Shown one piece after another: positions 63,611 to 64,000 of a DNA stretch of 64,000 nt (the stretch's first letter is position 1; each line of letters begins with the position of its first letter). The notes under the pieces were generated by a model, which saw nothing but the letters and a program-made list of their open reading frames with translations, searched no databases and was not told the origin of the DNA. Location of the stretch: assembly GCA_973895155.1 (NCBI GenBank), contig OZ316891.1, forward strand, positions 27,905,145-27,969,144, written 5' to 3'. The stretch is from Marsupella aquatica (Eukaryota; Plantae; Marchantiophyta). A program made the translations under genes and the position numbers.

Positions 63611-64000
63611 ATGGAAATTTTGTTTTGCTGATCGCTTTAAGCTAGCGCCGGGCGCTGCTAAAGTTTTCCGGATTTTGTGGCATTGAAGTCGACCTCAGCT
63701 CTGGCGTTAGGGTTTTCCCGATTGTCTACTATTTAGGTTTTGGCTAGCGCCGGGCGCTATTGAAACGACAACGGATTTTGTGGGAGGGAATGGATCTTGA
63801 CTATGTTGTCTGGGTTTGGACGCATCTTGTCTCCAAGAAACGACTAGTTTTCTAGTTAGTTTTTGGCTAGCGCCGAGCGCTGTTCATGTATTAGTCAAAA
63901 ACCTCCGACGGTGTCGACCGTGACTTCATGGATGGGATTTTTAGGCCAGATTGTTGATGTTGATAACTGCATTTTGTATCACTTAAGTCGAGCGCGTTTT

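Larger units (their letters stand above)
50823..63881. repeat. Dispersed palindrome AGCGCCNGGCGCT (extended consensus CTAGCGCCNGGCGCTAG), 16 copies
   Basis: Core starts at 50823, 52514, 52648, 57592, 57655, 57790, 57938, 58000, 59085, 60511, 60604, 62398, 62504, 63644, 63746 and 63869 (0-1 mismatch each). Confidence 0.95.
50820..64000. mobile_element. Large Mutator-like (MULE) element with accessory genes; neither terminus identified (may extend left over the FCP1 gene)
   Basis: MULE transposase, a shared palindromic motif throughout, and uniform CpG-rich composition. Confidence 0.7.

Noticed and set aside
50823-63881. Palindromes as a CRISPR array, bacterial REP elements or rho-independent terminators
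   Set aside because: Spacing is irregular (60 bp to 5 kb), copies sit in spliceosomal introns, and there are no consistent poly-T tails.

Overview
Eukaryotic, almost entirely transposon-derived land-plant DNA with spliceosomal GT-AG introns; a non-angiosperm such as a fern is my guess, not a demonstrated fact. From left to right: (1) the right ~11 kb of a CACTA/En-Spm element (CACTA-1) with an intact spliced transposase, a TnpA-like gene and a stand-alone EDM2-type PHD gene whose N-terminus resembles the histone H3 tail. It is inserted into a decayed Ty1/copia element. (2) Two intronless RING-CH paralogues. (3) CACTA-2 (24932-48500), which has a SET-domain exon inside the first intron of its transposase, a 297-bp MITE insertion and a complete nested 15.7-kb CACTA-3 with a 2-bp TSD and a 408-bp tandem array. 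(4) From ~48.5 kb to the window end, a large Mutator-like unit: an FCP1/NIF phosphatase-like gene, a GCM-like/DDE/SWIM transposase split by a solo LTR, and a divergent spliced gene fusing a ParB-like domain to a beta-class N4/N6 DNA-methyltransferase-like domain. Sixteen copies of the palindrome AGCGCCNGGCGCT lie only in the introns and intergenic gaps of this unit, and the unit is CpG-rich compared with its neighbours. This ParB-MTase plus parS-like palindrome arrangement is the best candidate for an undescribed transposon self-marking or anti-silencing system. All domain calls come from motif recognition by eye; no searches were run.
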